Shown here: positions 29,700 to 38,450 of the stretch, piece by piece
Numbering within the stretch: the stretch's first letter is position 1
Layout of the letters: each line of letters begins with the position of its first letter
Origin: an uncultured Anaeromyxobacteraceae bacterium
GTDB lineage: Bacteria; Myxococcota_A; UBA9042; DTJE01
DNA: 64,000 bases
Assembly (NCBI GenBank): GCA_964470365.1
Contig: CAYYCO010000002.1
Location: forward strand, 76,044 to 140,043
Reading direction: 5' to 3'
Position numbers and translations under genes: made by a program
The notes under the pieces: model-generated
What the model was told of the DNA's origin: nothing
What the model saw: only the letters and a program-made list of their open reading frames with translations
The model's database searches: none

Positions 29700-30889
29700 T
29701 CGACCTCCAGCAGTGAACCGTCGCCGGTTTCGAGCCTGACGACGCTGTCGTTCTTCAGGCAGGTCACCCAGACCGTGACGGCAGCTTCATCAGGCCCCAC
29801 TGCGAGATCCCAGGGATTGCAGTTCACCGGCAGGCCGAAATCCCGCCGCGCGCCCGTCGCGGTGTCGATGACGGCCAGGCTGTTGTCGCCGGAATTGACG
29901 ACGTACAGGGATCCATACAGAAGTTTCATCCTGTTCGGCGAAAGCAGGCCGCCGGCCAGTTTCCTGACCCCCGCCGCTGGTCCGGCCCCGGTGTCGAAAT
30001 CGATTACCTGGTTCGCAAGGTTCAGCAGGACATAGGTGCGCGTCGCGTCCTGCTCGATGTCGATGATGCCGTCCATCATCCCCTGCTGACCGACGACCGA
30101 CGGCGCCCACGGGACGTCGACCCGGATCCGCGCGGCCGGGTCGAAAAGCAGCAGCGTGTCGTCGTTGAACAGGCCCAGGGTCATGAGTCCGCCGGGTCCC
30201 GGCCCCACGACCGTAGTGTTCTGTGTGGTCTCAACCGACAGATTCACGGGTTCCGAACCATCCCGCAGAACGGTGCCGGAAACGAGGTCTACCAGGAACA
30301 GCGCCGCCGTGGTGCCGCTGGCGATCCACGCCAGATCACCATCGATAAACATCCCGGACGGGTACCCGACCAGCGACCCGGGCGCCGTGGCAATCGGGAT
30401 CGCGACCGACACGGCGACCGCGGAATCGATACCCTCGAGCTCGATTCCCGCAAGACCGCCGGAGGTACTGGACACCACCGTCGAGTCGGCCTGGTTCCAC
30501 TCCGTGGTTCCGGAGCAGAGTACCCACGCCATATCGCCAGAAACGACAACCTCCTGCGGATTCTCGAACGGAAGCGGAATGATGTTGACCACCGCGCCAG
30601 TCTCCCGGTCGATCACCGTCAGGAAACCCTTTCCGTACGAAAGGCGGGATCCCTGATACGCAAAGTTTGCGTTGGTAACCAGAACCCTGTTATTCCATAT
30701 TGTTATGCCTTCAGGCGCCGAGAAGCTGCGATCCGGGGGAATGCCTGGCAGGTCGACTTCGACGACGTCTCCCGAATCGGCCCCGACCCAGGGCTCCGTG
30801 GCACACCCGGCGAGGCACGCCAGTCCGGCGGCCAGGAAGAACACCGGGATCCGCCCGCATTGAAGGGAATGAACGATGCGCGTCATCAT
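29696..30889 (-). CDS. beta-propeller surface lipoprotein encoded inside the B12 uptake operon (BtuG-like candidate)
   Basis: Lipobox LAGC. Repeated roughly 40-residue beta-blade segments (YVTN-type). Sits between the btuB and btuF genes. Confidence 0.5.
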   Translation of the reverse strand: MMTRIVHSLQCGRIPVFFLAAGLACLAGCATEPWVGADSGDVVEVDLPGIPPDRSFSAPEGITIWNNRVLVTNANFAYQGSRLSYGKGFLTVIDRETGAVVNIIPLPFENPQEVVVSGDMAWVLCSGTTEWNQADSTVVSSTSGGLAGIELEGIDSAVAVSVAIPIATAPGSLVGYPSGMFIDGDLAWIASGTTAALFLVDLVSGTVLRDGSEPVNLSVETTQNTTVVGPGPGGLMTLGLFNDDTLLLFDPAARIRVDVPWAPSVVGQQGMMDGIIDIEQDATRTYVLLNLANQVIDFDTGAGPAAGVRKLAGGLLSPNRMKLLYGSLYVVNSGDNSLAVIDTATGARRDFGLPVNCNPWDLAVGPDEAAVTVWVTCLKNDSVVRLETGDGSLLEVE

Positions 30890-32799
30890 AATTCAACCAC
30901 CACCGACCCGAACGCCGAGAAGCCCGGGAGAGGCTGCTGCAGGGAGTCCACGGAATCGGATTTGTCCGTGATGTTCAACAAGTCCAGCGCCAGCTTCAGG
31001 AATGGCTTCGGCCTGACCTCCAGCCTGACGTCAAGGCGGAACCTGCCCTCCTCGCCGACCGACTCGAATGCGTCCAGGAAGAAACCGGACTGCCACGACG
31101 GCATCAGGGCCAGCCTGAAGGGGCCGCCCGAAAAAGCCAGTTCGCCGGCAATCACGTGTTCCGGCCTGGCAGGCATGGCGTTTCCGGTGGCCGTGACCTC
31201 CGAAAACAGCCAGGTGTATGCGAGTCCTGCCTTGAACCAGCGCCACTGGACCGAACCCGACGCCTCGACGCCCCGCAGCACGGCCGAACCCGAATTCGCG
31301 GCCCGGATGACGAAGGCGGAAACCGGCTGGAAGGTGATCAGGTTGAAACCGTAATTCTCGAAGTACGCTGCCTTCACGTTGAACCAGCGGCCCCGCCCCA
31401 CCTCGATCCCGACGTCCCAGGCGATCGAGTCCTCCGGCTCCAGCGCAGGATTTCCCTGGACGAACCCGGTGTCGAAATACAGCTCTTCCAGCGTGGGCAG
31501 GCGGAATGACCTCCCGGCGTTCGCGGACAGCCTCACCAGCGGGTGCGGTTCGTACCATACGCCCAGCGCGGGCACGGCCCGGAAGCCAGAGCCGGAATCA
31601 TATTCAAGCCTTACATCGGCACTGACCTGCCACGGATCGGCGGGCGCGCCAGCGACGAGACCGACCGTCCCGGCGAAGGCGCCACGGCCGGGAGAGTATG
31701 GCGGCTGGCCGACCCTCCTGACCCGTCCGCCCTCGTAACCGCCGTCAATCCCGAGTCGGAGCGCCAGCCGCTCGATCGGTGCGTCGATCGTCGAAAAACC
31801 GGCGCCGATGCCGCCGGAAACCAGTCCGGTGTCCTGCGGCGGTCCCATGTAGGGAACCGGATCGCTGAAATTGAACATCAGGAACCTGCCCCACACCCAG
31901 GCCGAAGTCGCGCCGCGCAGGCCGAAAAGACGCGGGCCGCGCCAGCCGACCCTGGCAAGCACCCTGGTGTCGTCCTGGACGGCCGTGGCCGACGGGAACT
32001 GGTCCATTCCGGCCACCTCGCGGTCGTCGCGCCAGAATTCGACCAGCGCATCGACGCGGTGATCCGCGCCCGCTTCCGACTCGACCTTGATCAACGCCTC
32101 GCAGGCCGTCGACGCGTTGTGTTCCCTGTCGCGCCCGACCCCGTTCGAATCCGTGTATCTGAAACCGCCGCCCGAATGGAGCACGCCGGCCGACGCCATC
32201 ACGCCGGTGGCGCCGGCGGCGGCATCGAACAGGTGTGAATGCGAAGCCTTCAGCTTGAACGTGCCCGAGGAACCGCCCGAGACGACGGCACGCGTCAGGG
32301 TGCCCGACTCCATGACCGACGGCGTCCGGGCATCCACTGCCCCGCCTGCCGCGTCGTTTCCCCTGGCCGCGCCCTGTCCGCCGCGCACGATGTCGATGGA
32401 TCCCAGGGAAACCAGACCGAGCGAATTGAGGTCCGCCCCTCCCATGAACGGGGAGTTGAGCGGGATTCCGTCAAGCGTCACGAGCGTCGACCTCGGGTCG
32501 GATCCGCGGATGGAAACGGAAACCGACTGGCCGGCGCCGCCGCTCTCGCGCACAAGCACTGCGGGAACGGCCCTGACGGCGGCGGCAGGCCCGGCCGGCG
32601 AGTCGACCGCCCCGCCACCTTCGATTGTGGACGCCTGGCTGCTTTCCCTGGCCGTCGGATCGGCCGGGACCGGGTCGCCGGTCACGTCGATTTCGGGGAC
32701 CTCCACGGCGGTGGCGGCATCCTGCGCCCGGGAAGGAAGCGGGCAGGCCGAAGACAGCAGCAGAAGAAACAGAAAGGAAGGTGGTAACCGCGCAGACAT
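30886..32799 (-). CDS. btuB: TonB-dependent outer-membrane receptor (BtuB-like)
   Basis: Signal peptide. Plug-domain motifs (VTLDGIPLNSPFMGGADLNSL...IDIVRGGQGAARGN). Large beta-barrel region. First gene after the cobalamin riboswitch. Confidence 0.8.
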   Translation of the reverse strand: MSARLPPSFLFLLLLSSACPLPSRAQDAATAVEVPEIDVTGDPVPADPTARESSQASTIEGGGAVDSPAGPAAAVRAVPAVLVRESGGAGQSVSVSIRGSDPRSTLVTLDGIPLNSPFMGGADLNSLGLVSLGSIDIVRGGQGAARGNDAAGGAVDARTPSVMESGTLTRAVVSGGSSGTFKLKASHSHLFDAAAGATGVMASAGVLHSGGGFRYTDSNGVGRDREHNASTACEALIKVESEAGADHRVDALVEFWRDDREVAGMDQFPSATAVQDDTRVLARVGWRGPRLFGLRGATSAWVWGRFLMFNFSDPVPYMGPPQDTGLVSGGIGAGFSTIDAPIERLALRLGIDGGYEGGRVRRVGQPPYSPGRGAFAGTVGLVAGAPADPWQVSADVRLEYDSGSGFRAVPALGVWYEPHPLVRLSANAGRSFRLPTLEELYFDTGFVQGNPALEPEDSIAWDVGIEVGRGRWFNVKAAYFENYGFNLITFQPVSAFVIRAANSGSAVLRGVEASGSVQWRWFKAGLAYTWLFSEVTATGNAMPARPEHVIAGELAFSGGPFRLALMPSWQSGFFLDAFESVGEEGRFRLDVRLEVRPKPFLKLALDLLNITDKSDSVDSLQQPLPGFSAFGSVVVEL

Positions 32800-32854
32800 G
32801 CCCCTGTCCCCGAGGAGTTCAGTCCATCTGTTCCGGGCAGGTCTCCTGGCTTCG

Positions 32855-33005
32855 GGGGATCGGCCGTGGCCGAAGGTCTTTCCGCCTTCCCGGCAGGTGC
32901 CAGTGGCATACCGGAAAGACCCCGGAAATCATTCCCCCCCCGTTACAGTGGCGGGACCGCGCGGGAATCACACCCGCTTCCCTCTCCGGGACGCCGTCGT
33001 GTCCA
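32855..33005 (-). promoter_or_regulatory. cobalamin (AdoCbl) riboswitch in the btuB leader
   Basis: Minus-strand RNA ...GAGAGGGAAGCGGGUGUGAUUCCCGCGCGGUCCCGCCACUGUAACGG...GCCACUGGCACCUGCCGGGAAGGCGG... Carries the B12-box and conserved GGGAA, GGUGnnAUUCC, CCCGCcACUGU and GCCACUG elements of RF00174. Confidence 0.8.
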
Positions 33006-33095
33006 CCCGGAAAGAACGCGCAATCAATCGCACGACCGCGACGATTCGTCAACCTTGAACGAAGGGAACGCGGAAGGGGGGAGGAACGGGTGGTG

Positions 33096-33932
33096 TCATG
33101 CCGGGCAGGGGCACTTCTGGGCGCACGCCTGGGTGACGCTGCCGGGTTCGCCGGCGGCGGGGCAGTTCAGCAGTTCGCACTTGTTCCGGTAGTCCTTGCC
33201 GTCGGAACCGCATACGGCCGCATCCGGAACGGCTTCGCACGGAACGCAGATCGGTTCGGCGCATTCGCCGAAATATCCGATGAGGTCGTCGAGGACGGCG
33301 GCGCAATGGTTTTTCGCCTTCAGGTCGCAGAGATCCGTGTATTCGGTTTCGCCGTCGATTCCGCAGACGACGCCGCAGGATTCGATCGGCTGGACCTGCG
33401 CCTCGCATTCGTCGGCGAGAATGCACGGACATTCGTCGCAACTGGTCCTGCGGAGCAGGAAGTTGGTGTCGCCGGAAGTGTCGCAGTCGATTTCGCCACC
33501 GCAGCCGGGGCAGTCCGGCGCGTCGGCGCACAGTTCGCAGGCGGCGCAGTTGGCGCTTGCGTACGTCACCTCGTCAACGCCGCAGACCGGTTCATTGACG
33601 TTCTGGTCGCAGGGACACATCGGCTTGACGAATTCGTCTTCAACGATGTCGACCACGTCCGGGGGAACGTCCGGCGCCACATCCGGAACGTTGACATCGG
33701 CCACGTCGGGCGTCACGTTGGTGTCCACACCCTCGTCGGGCGTCACGTTCGTGTCCACCGGAACGTCCTGGACGATGTCGGGGGTCGCCGTGTCGCGGCC
33801 GGTGTCGGGAGTGATCGTGTCTTCCTGCCCCGGGTCGTTCACGATGTCCTGCGGCGGACCGTCATCCCCGCACGCGATAGCGAAGGTCGCTGCGGCCGCC
33901 ATTATTAAGAACAGGAATGATTTTCTGGACAT
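33096..33932 (-). CDS. lipoprotein with three Kazal-type serine-protease-inhibitor domains
   Basis: Start at MSRKSF (SD GGGGGA). Lipobox IACG. Acidic Pro/Val/Asp linker. Three Kazal cores (PVCGVDEVTYASANCAAC; VCGIDGETEYTDLCDLKAKNHC; AVCGSDGKDYRNKCELLNC). Confidence 0.7.
   Translation of the reverse strand: MSRKSFLFLIMAAAATFAIACGDDGPPQDIVNDPGQEDTITPDTGRDTATPDIVQDVPVDTNVTPDEGVDTNVTPDVADVNVPDVAPDVPPDVVDIVEDEFVKPMCPCDQNVNEPVCGVDEVTYASANCAACELCADAPDCPGCGGEIDCDTSGDTNFLLRRTSCDECPCILADECEAQVQPIESCGVVCGIDGETEYTDLCDLKAKNHCAAVLDDLIGYFGECAEPICVPCEAVPDAAVCGSDGKDYRNKCELLNCPAAGEPGSVTQACAQKCPCPA
33706..33765. repeat. imperfect 30-nt tandem duplication inside the Kazal-lipoprotein linker
   Basis: tcgggcgtcacgttggtgtccacaccc / tcgggcgtcacgttcgtgtccaccgga. 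Encodes a duplicated ...GVDTNVTPDE... segment. Confidence 0.5.
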
Positions 33933-34031
33933 CTGATCCCCCTGAAGCATCCGTTAAGTCGGACGACCGCCCCCGGCACAGCCACGGGCCAAACGTATAA
34001 TGCCGTCGAAAAGTTTATTCTAATCGGGCTT

Positions 34032-34979
34032 TCAGGGCAAGAACACTCGAACGGTGGTCTGAAGATAGAAACCGCCCGCGTCCCACACGTCGTGCGCATA
34101 ACCGACATCGACCGCCACTATCTTTGAAACGTAACCGATTCCCAGGGAGACGCGCATTTCCTCGACCGCCTTGCCGTCGGTGCCGAAATGGCCCACCCGG
34201 TCCCAGTTGAAGCCCGCCCGGATGGCGACCACGTTGCCGGCGATGACCTCAAGGCCGCCCATCAGACTGGGAGTGGCGGTCCCGAATGTTGAGAAGTCGA
34301 TGTCGCAGTCGAGGCCGAAATTGACGATCGAATACGAAAAGCCTATGCCCACGCCCAGCTTCCTGGGAGCGAGCGTCCAGGTCCGGCGTCCGAATCCCGT
34401 CGTATTCTTGATTTCGACCTCGGCGAGGTTCTTGTCCTGGGCAAGGTTCTGGATCAGGTTCTGACCGGTCACGCCGATGTAGAACACGTTCATGATTCCC
34501 AGAACCAGCCCGATATCCATGTCGGTGTACCAGGTGGAATCGGTGACGTCCGAGCGCAGGTTCATCACCCGCATGGTCAGCCCGGCGCCGAAGAATATCT
34601 TGTCGTTCGCGTATTTGGTGGCAAGAGCGGATCTGATGTCGTGCGTCATCGTGTCGTCGCCGAGATCGGCATAACCGAACGTATACGACAGGCCGCCCGA
34701 AACCCATTTGTTGGTCGTGGAGTCGACGAACGAAGCCGAAGCCTGGTGCCACTGGGTCCAGTGGGAATAGGCATATCCCATGTTCACCGAATACTGGTTG
34801 ATCTGGGGTATCGACGCGGGATTGAAGAAAAGTCCGTCCGCACCCATGCCCACCGCCCGGACGGCGTCGCCCATTGCCAGCGCCCTCGCCGTCGAACCGT
34901 CGGTTCTGGCGGACGCGGGGCCTGGAAGAAGCATGAAGGCCGCCAGCAAACATGCGGAAACACTGATAACCGGCTTCAT
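34032..34979 (-). CDS. putative outer-membrane beta-barrel protein
   Basis: Start at MKPVISVSACLLAAFMLLPGPASA (cleavable signal). Alternating amphipathic Gly/aromatic-rich strands throughout. Confidence 0.5.
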   Translation of the reverse strand: MKPVISVSACLLAAFMLLPGPASARTDGSTARALAMGDAVRAVGMGADGLFFNPASIPQINQYSVNMGYAYSHWTQWHQASASFVDSTTNKWVSGGLSYTFGYADLGDDTMTHDIRSALATKYANDKIFFGAGLTMRVMNLRSDVTDSTWYTDMDIGLVLGIMNVFYIGVTGQNLIQNLAQDKNLAEVEIKNTTGFGRRTWTLAPRKLGVGIGFSYSIVNFGLDCDIDFSTFGTATPSLMGGLEVIAGNVVAIRAGFNWDRVGHFGTDGKAVEEMRVSLGIGYVSKIVAVDVGYAHDVWDAGGFYLQTTVRVFLP

Positions 34980-35199
34980 GTCGACAACCGCCAGCCAGAG
35001 GGGGAAAACCGGGTCACATCCGCGCGCGCTCCTGAAATCGGGGTTGCGCGCACGCAACGATAACGGTATTGATGCTGCCGGTAACTGTCAAGAAATCGGC
35101 GGGATTATCGACAGATCCCGGATCGGCCGGTCTGGAAGGTACGGCCGGGGCGTGATAGTCTTCGAACCGGAAAGCTGAACAGGAACCGGAGGAAACATC

Positions 35200-35916
35200 A
35201 TGCCAGATCATCGAACAATCGTCGTGATTCCGACATACAACGAGGCCGAAAACGTGCGCCTCATCGTCCCGCAGGTGCTTGAGGCCCTGCCTGGCGCCGA
35301 CGTGCTGATCGTCGACGACTCCTCGCCCGACGGCACCGGCGACATCGTGAAGGAAATGGCCCTCGGGGAACCCAGGATCCGGCTGCTGTCCCGGAAGGGC
35401 AAGGAGGGACTGGGGAAGGCCTACATCGCCGGGTTCAAGCGCTGCCTCGCGGAAGGCTACGACGTCATCTTCCAGATGGACTGCGATTTCTCGCACCAGC
35501 CGTCGCACCTCCGGGATTTCATGGCGCAGATCGACGACTTCGATTTCGTGATCGGTTCCAGGTACATGCCGGGCGGCGCGACCACCGACTGGGGATTCCA
35601 CCGTAAATTCCTGTCCCGCGGCGGAAACCTGTACGCGCGAATCATCCTGGGCGTGCCCGTGTCCGATCTGACAGGCGGCTTCAAGTGCTGGCGGCGCGAG
35701 GTGCTGGAGGGGATCGACCTGGACACCATCGCCGCGGCCGGATATGCCTTCCAGATGGAAATGACGTTCCGGTCGCTTAAAAAGGGCTTCAGGCTCAAGG
35801 AAATCCCGATCGTCTTCCCGGATCGCACGAAGGGCGAATCGAAGCTGGTCGGCGGAATATTCTGGGAAAGCCTGGGAATCCCGTGGCGGATAAGGTTCGG
35901 GCGGAACAGGGCCTGA
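35200..35916 (+). CDS. GT2 polyprenyl-phosphate mannose/glucose synthase (Dpm1/Ppm1-like)
   Basis: IVVIPTYNEAENV...DVLIVDDSSPDGT...DCDFSHQP. Characteristic DxD/GT-A motifs of the Dpm1 family. Confidence 0.8.
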   Translation: MPDHRTIVVIPTYNEAENVRLIVPQVLEALPGADVLIVDDSSPDGTGDIVKEMALGEPRIRLLSRKGKEGLGKAYIAGFKRCLAEGYDVIFQMDCDFSHQPSHLRDFMAQIDDFDFVIGSRYMPGGATTDWGFHRKFLSRGGNLYARIILGVPVSDLTGGFKCWRREVLEGIDLDTIAAAGYAFQMEMTFRSLKKGFRLKEIPIVFPDRTKGESKLVGGIFWESLGIPWRIRFGRNRA

Positions 35917-35920
35917 CCGG

Positions 35921-37096
35921 TCAGACCAGAATCAGTTCTTCCTGCTGCGGGCCGCTCACCTCTACGCTGCCGTCCTTCTTGATGAACACGTCGATTTCGG
36001 TCCTGACCGCCATGCGGCCGGGCAGGTAGATCCCGGGCTCGACCGAAAAGCAGATACACGGAACCAGGCGGCGGAGATCCCTGGTTTCAAGGTTGTCGAT
36101 GTTCACGCCGTTGCCGTGGACGTTCACGCCGATCGAATGGCCTGTCCGGTGGATGAAAAATTCACCGTAACCGGCCGCCTGCACGACCGACCTGCACGCA
36201 TCGTCAACCTCGTATCCGAAGCACTGCTGGCGACGCGCGAACCGTTCGCGGACGAATTCGACCGCGGCCTTCCTGGCGTCGCGCACGACACGGAAGATCC
36301 TTTCATATTCTTCCGGCGGGTTGGTTCCGACGAAGCCGACCCACGTGATGTCGTAGAAGATCGCGCCCGGCCGGGCCAGCTTGGCCCAGAGGTCGATAAG
36401 GACAGTGTCGCCATCGCGGATTGCGACCGTGTTCGACGGCGTCGGTTCGAAATGCGGGTCGGAAGGATGGCCGTTGACGCCGACGATCGGGAATTCGCCC
36501 ATGCAGTCGAGTCCGTCCTCGCCGAAACGGCGGATGATGAACCGCTGTACGTCGTATTCGGTGATTTCACGGCCGTTATCGATCGAATCGCGGATGAGCG
36601 CGAAGGCCTCGTCCTTGATGGCGTGAATCAGCCGGCCCGCCTCGACGTGGCTTTCATACCCGCCGTCGTCGATGATGGCCTCGAAGATCTGTACCAGGTC
36701 GGCCGAAGAACCCACGCGGGCGCCGGCGCCCCTGACCAGATCCAGCATGCCCGCGTCGACCAGGCTGACGTAGGGTATTGCATCGTCCGGGGAGTACTGC
36801 ATCGCAACAAACCTGCCGTGGACCAGTTTTTCCAGTTCCTCGGCCAGGTCGCGCCATGACAGGTAGAAACGTTTTTCCCCGGGAAGCGCGTCGAGACGGG
36901 AAGGTTCGACCCTGCTGACGAGGCGCACGGGATCGCCGGACGCAGGCACCAGGTAGAACCAGCGCCGGGAAGTAAATTTTTCGAAGTCCAGACCGAGGAT
37001 GCGGTAGGCAATCGCGTCCCTGTTGTGGAAATCGCAGAACAGCCAGCCGTCGAACCCGGCATCCCTGACCGCCTTCTGAATGACCTTGACGTCCAT
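35921..37096 (-). CDS. M24-family Xaa-Pro aminopeptidase (creatinase-N + pita-bread domain)
   Basis: Start at MDVKVIQ (SD GGAGGG). Metal-ligand motifs HRTGHSIGVNVHG and SVEPGIY. Confidence 0.8.
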   Translation of the reverse strand: MDVKVIQKAVRDAGFDGWLFCDFHNRDAIAYRILGLDFEKFTSRRWFYLVPASGDPVRLVSRVEPSRLDALPGEKRFYLSWRDLAEELEKLVHGRFVAMQYSPDDAIPYVSLVDAGMLDLVRGAGARVGSSADLVQIFEAIIDDGGYESHVEAGRLIHAIKDEAFALIRDSIDNGREITEYDVQRFIIRRFGEDGLDCMGEFPIVGVNGHPSDPHFEPTPSNTVAIRDGDTVLIDLWAKLARPGAIFYDITWVGFVGTNPPEEYERIFRVVRDARKAAVEFVRERFARRQQCFGYEVDDACRSVVQAAGYGEFFIHRTGHSIGVNVHGNGVNIDNLETRDLRRLVPCICFSVEPGIYLPGRMAVRTEIDVFIKKDGSVEVSGPQQEELILV

Positions 37097-37140
37097 ATTG
37101 CCCTCCATTTCCCGTGTGCTGCTCGAAAACAGGTCGAGAA

Positions 37141-37554
37141 TTATGCCTCCGCCCGCCCCGGCGCACAAGCGGCGGGTGGCCCGTCGACCTCGGCCACGTG
37201 CCCCTGGACAGCCAGGGTGCGCACGAAAACGGCAACCCTTTCAAGGGCCATCGACTGATCGGGGTTCGCGGCGGCGAACCTTTCGGCCACGTCGGCCACG
37301 GTCGATTCGCCGTCCAGAGCGGCCCATACGAACGACCCGAACGCGTCGAGCCTGATTCTGAAAAACGGATTTTTCAGCCGCGGCATCAGGATGCGGGACA
37401 GCAGCGCGCCGTCGAACCGGGGGACGAGTATTGCCTGCAGGCCGTCATCGACGGTTTCCGACGACCTCACACGGACGAAGCGCCGCCACATGATGTCTTC
37501 GACCACTACGCCCAGCTTCGTGGATGACGCGCCCGCGCCGCCGCCGTCTGTCAT
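37141..37554 (-). CDS. PqqD-family protein (RiPP recognition element-like)
   Basis: Internal ATG (MTDGG...; SD AGGGGGA). FGSFVWAALDGESTVADVAERFAAANPDQSMALERVAVFVRTLAVQGHV matches the PqqD WxxLDGxxTVxxI...D.l.Fl..L...Gli pattern. Confidence 0.5.
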   Translation of the reverse strand: MTDGGGAGASSTKLGVVVEDIMWRRFVRVRSSETVDDGLQAILVPRFDGALLSRILMPRLKNPFFRIRLDAFGSFVWAALDGESTVADVAERFAAANPDQSMALERVAVFVRTLAVQGHVAEVDGPPAACAPGRAEA

Positions 37555-37577
37555 CGGTTCCCCCTGCGTCCGACAGG

Positions 37578-38402
37578 TCACACGCCCGCAAGTTCCCGAA
37601 CGAACCTGCAGAGTGCGCCCGGTTCCATCGCGAAGCCCTTTTCCGAAAGGCCGTGGTATTCGACCCAGCCGGCGCGGGGTATCCATTTTTCGACCGGCGC
37701 GAATCCCGGCAGCCGCTGGCCATGCCAGGTGCCCTGCACCGAAACCCTGACCTGAAGCCCGTACCGCGGCGGAAAAACCGTTGGATTCGTCGTTACCTCG
37801 ACGCGGGCCCCCTGCAGCCACCCGGACGCTGAACCGCACTCGAAAAGCGTTGGCGGTTCGAACACGTCAAGTCCCAGGGATTCCAGGGCCCTGATTTCCG
37901 TCAGAAGATTTTCGCGCGGACGAAAGACGAAGCGATACCAGAATGAACCGTGCGCAGGCAGTACGACGAGGCTCGAGCCGAAGAAGGCAAATGCCGCGAG
38001 CGCCGACGCGAAAAGGGATATGAGAGGAACGGGCGCCAGGAAGCTGAGATCGATCTTGCGCTCGGCCATCAGCATCACGACGATGAGCAGTCCGGTCTGG
38101 ACCGTCGCCAGGCAACCTGCCCACCCGCGGAACCTGTCTCCGTGGATGAGGATTCCGGCGATCGAAATCACGGCCAGCATGTGGGGAAAGGCGAGCCAGG
38201 CGAAACGGTCCAGCGCGATCGATATGCCGCTGGTTTCGACCCACGAGTGCCCCCAGTCGACGAACAGCAGGGCCACGAATACAAGCTGGACCGCCACCGC
38301 GATCAGCAGGAGCCAGTCTGCCGCGCGACGACCATAGCGGATGGCCCAGACAAGGGCCGCTGTCCCGAGGACGAGGCAGGTGATTCCGAAAAGCAGTTCC
38401 AA
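37578..38402 (-). CDS. hypothetical membrane protein (about 5 TM helices + cytoplasmic C-terminal domain)
   Basis: Hydrophobic helices throughout the N-terminal 170 aa. No recognisable motif. Confidence 0.45.
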   Translation of the reverse strand: MELLFGITCLVLGTAALVWAIRYGRRAADWLLLIAVAVQLVFVALLFVDWGHSWVETSGISIALDRFAWLAFPHMLAVISIAGILIHGDRFRGWAGCLATVQTGLLIVVMLMAERKIDLSFLAPVPLISLFASALAAFAFFGSSLVVLPAHGSFWYRFVFRPRENLLTEIRALESLGLDVFEPPTLFECGSASGWLQGARVEVTTNPTVFPPRYGLQVRVSVQGTWHGQRLPGFAPVEKWIPRAGWVEYHGLSEKGFAMEPGALCRFVRELAGV

Positions 38403-38450
38403 AGCACCCCCGCGCCGGTTATGCCGCCAGCCGGTGGCGGCCAGGCGCCG

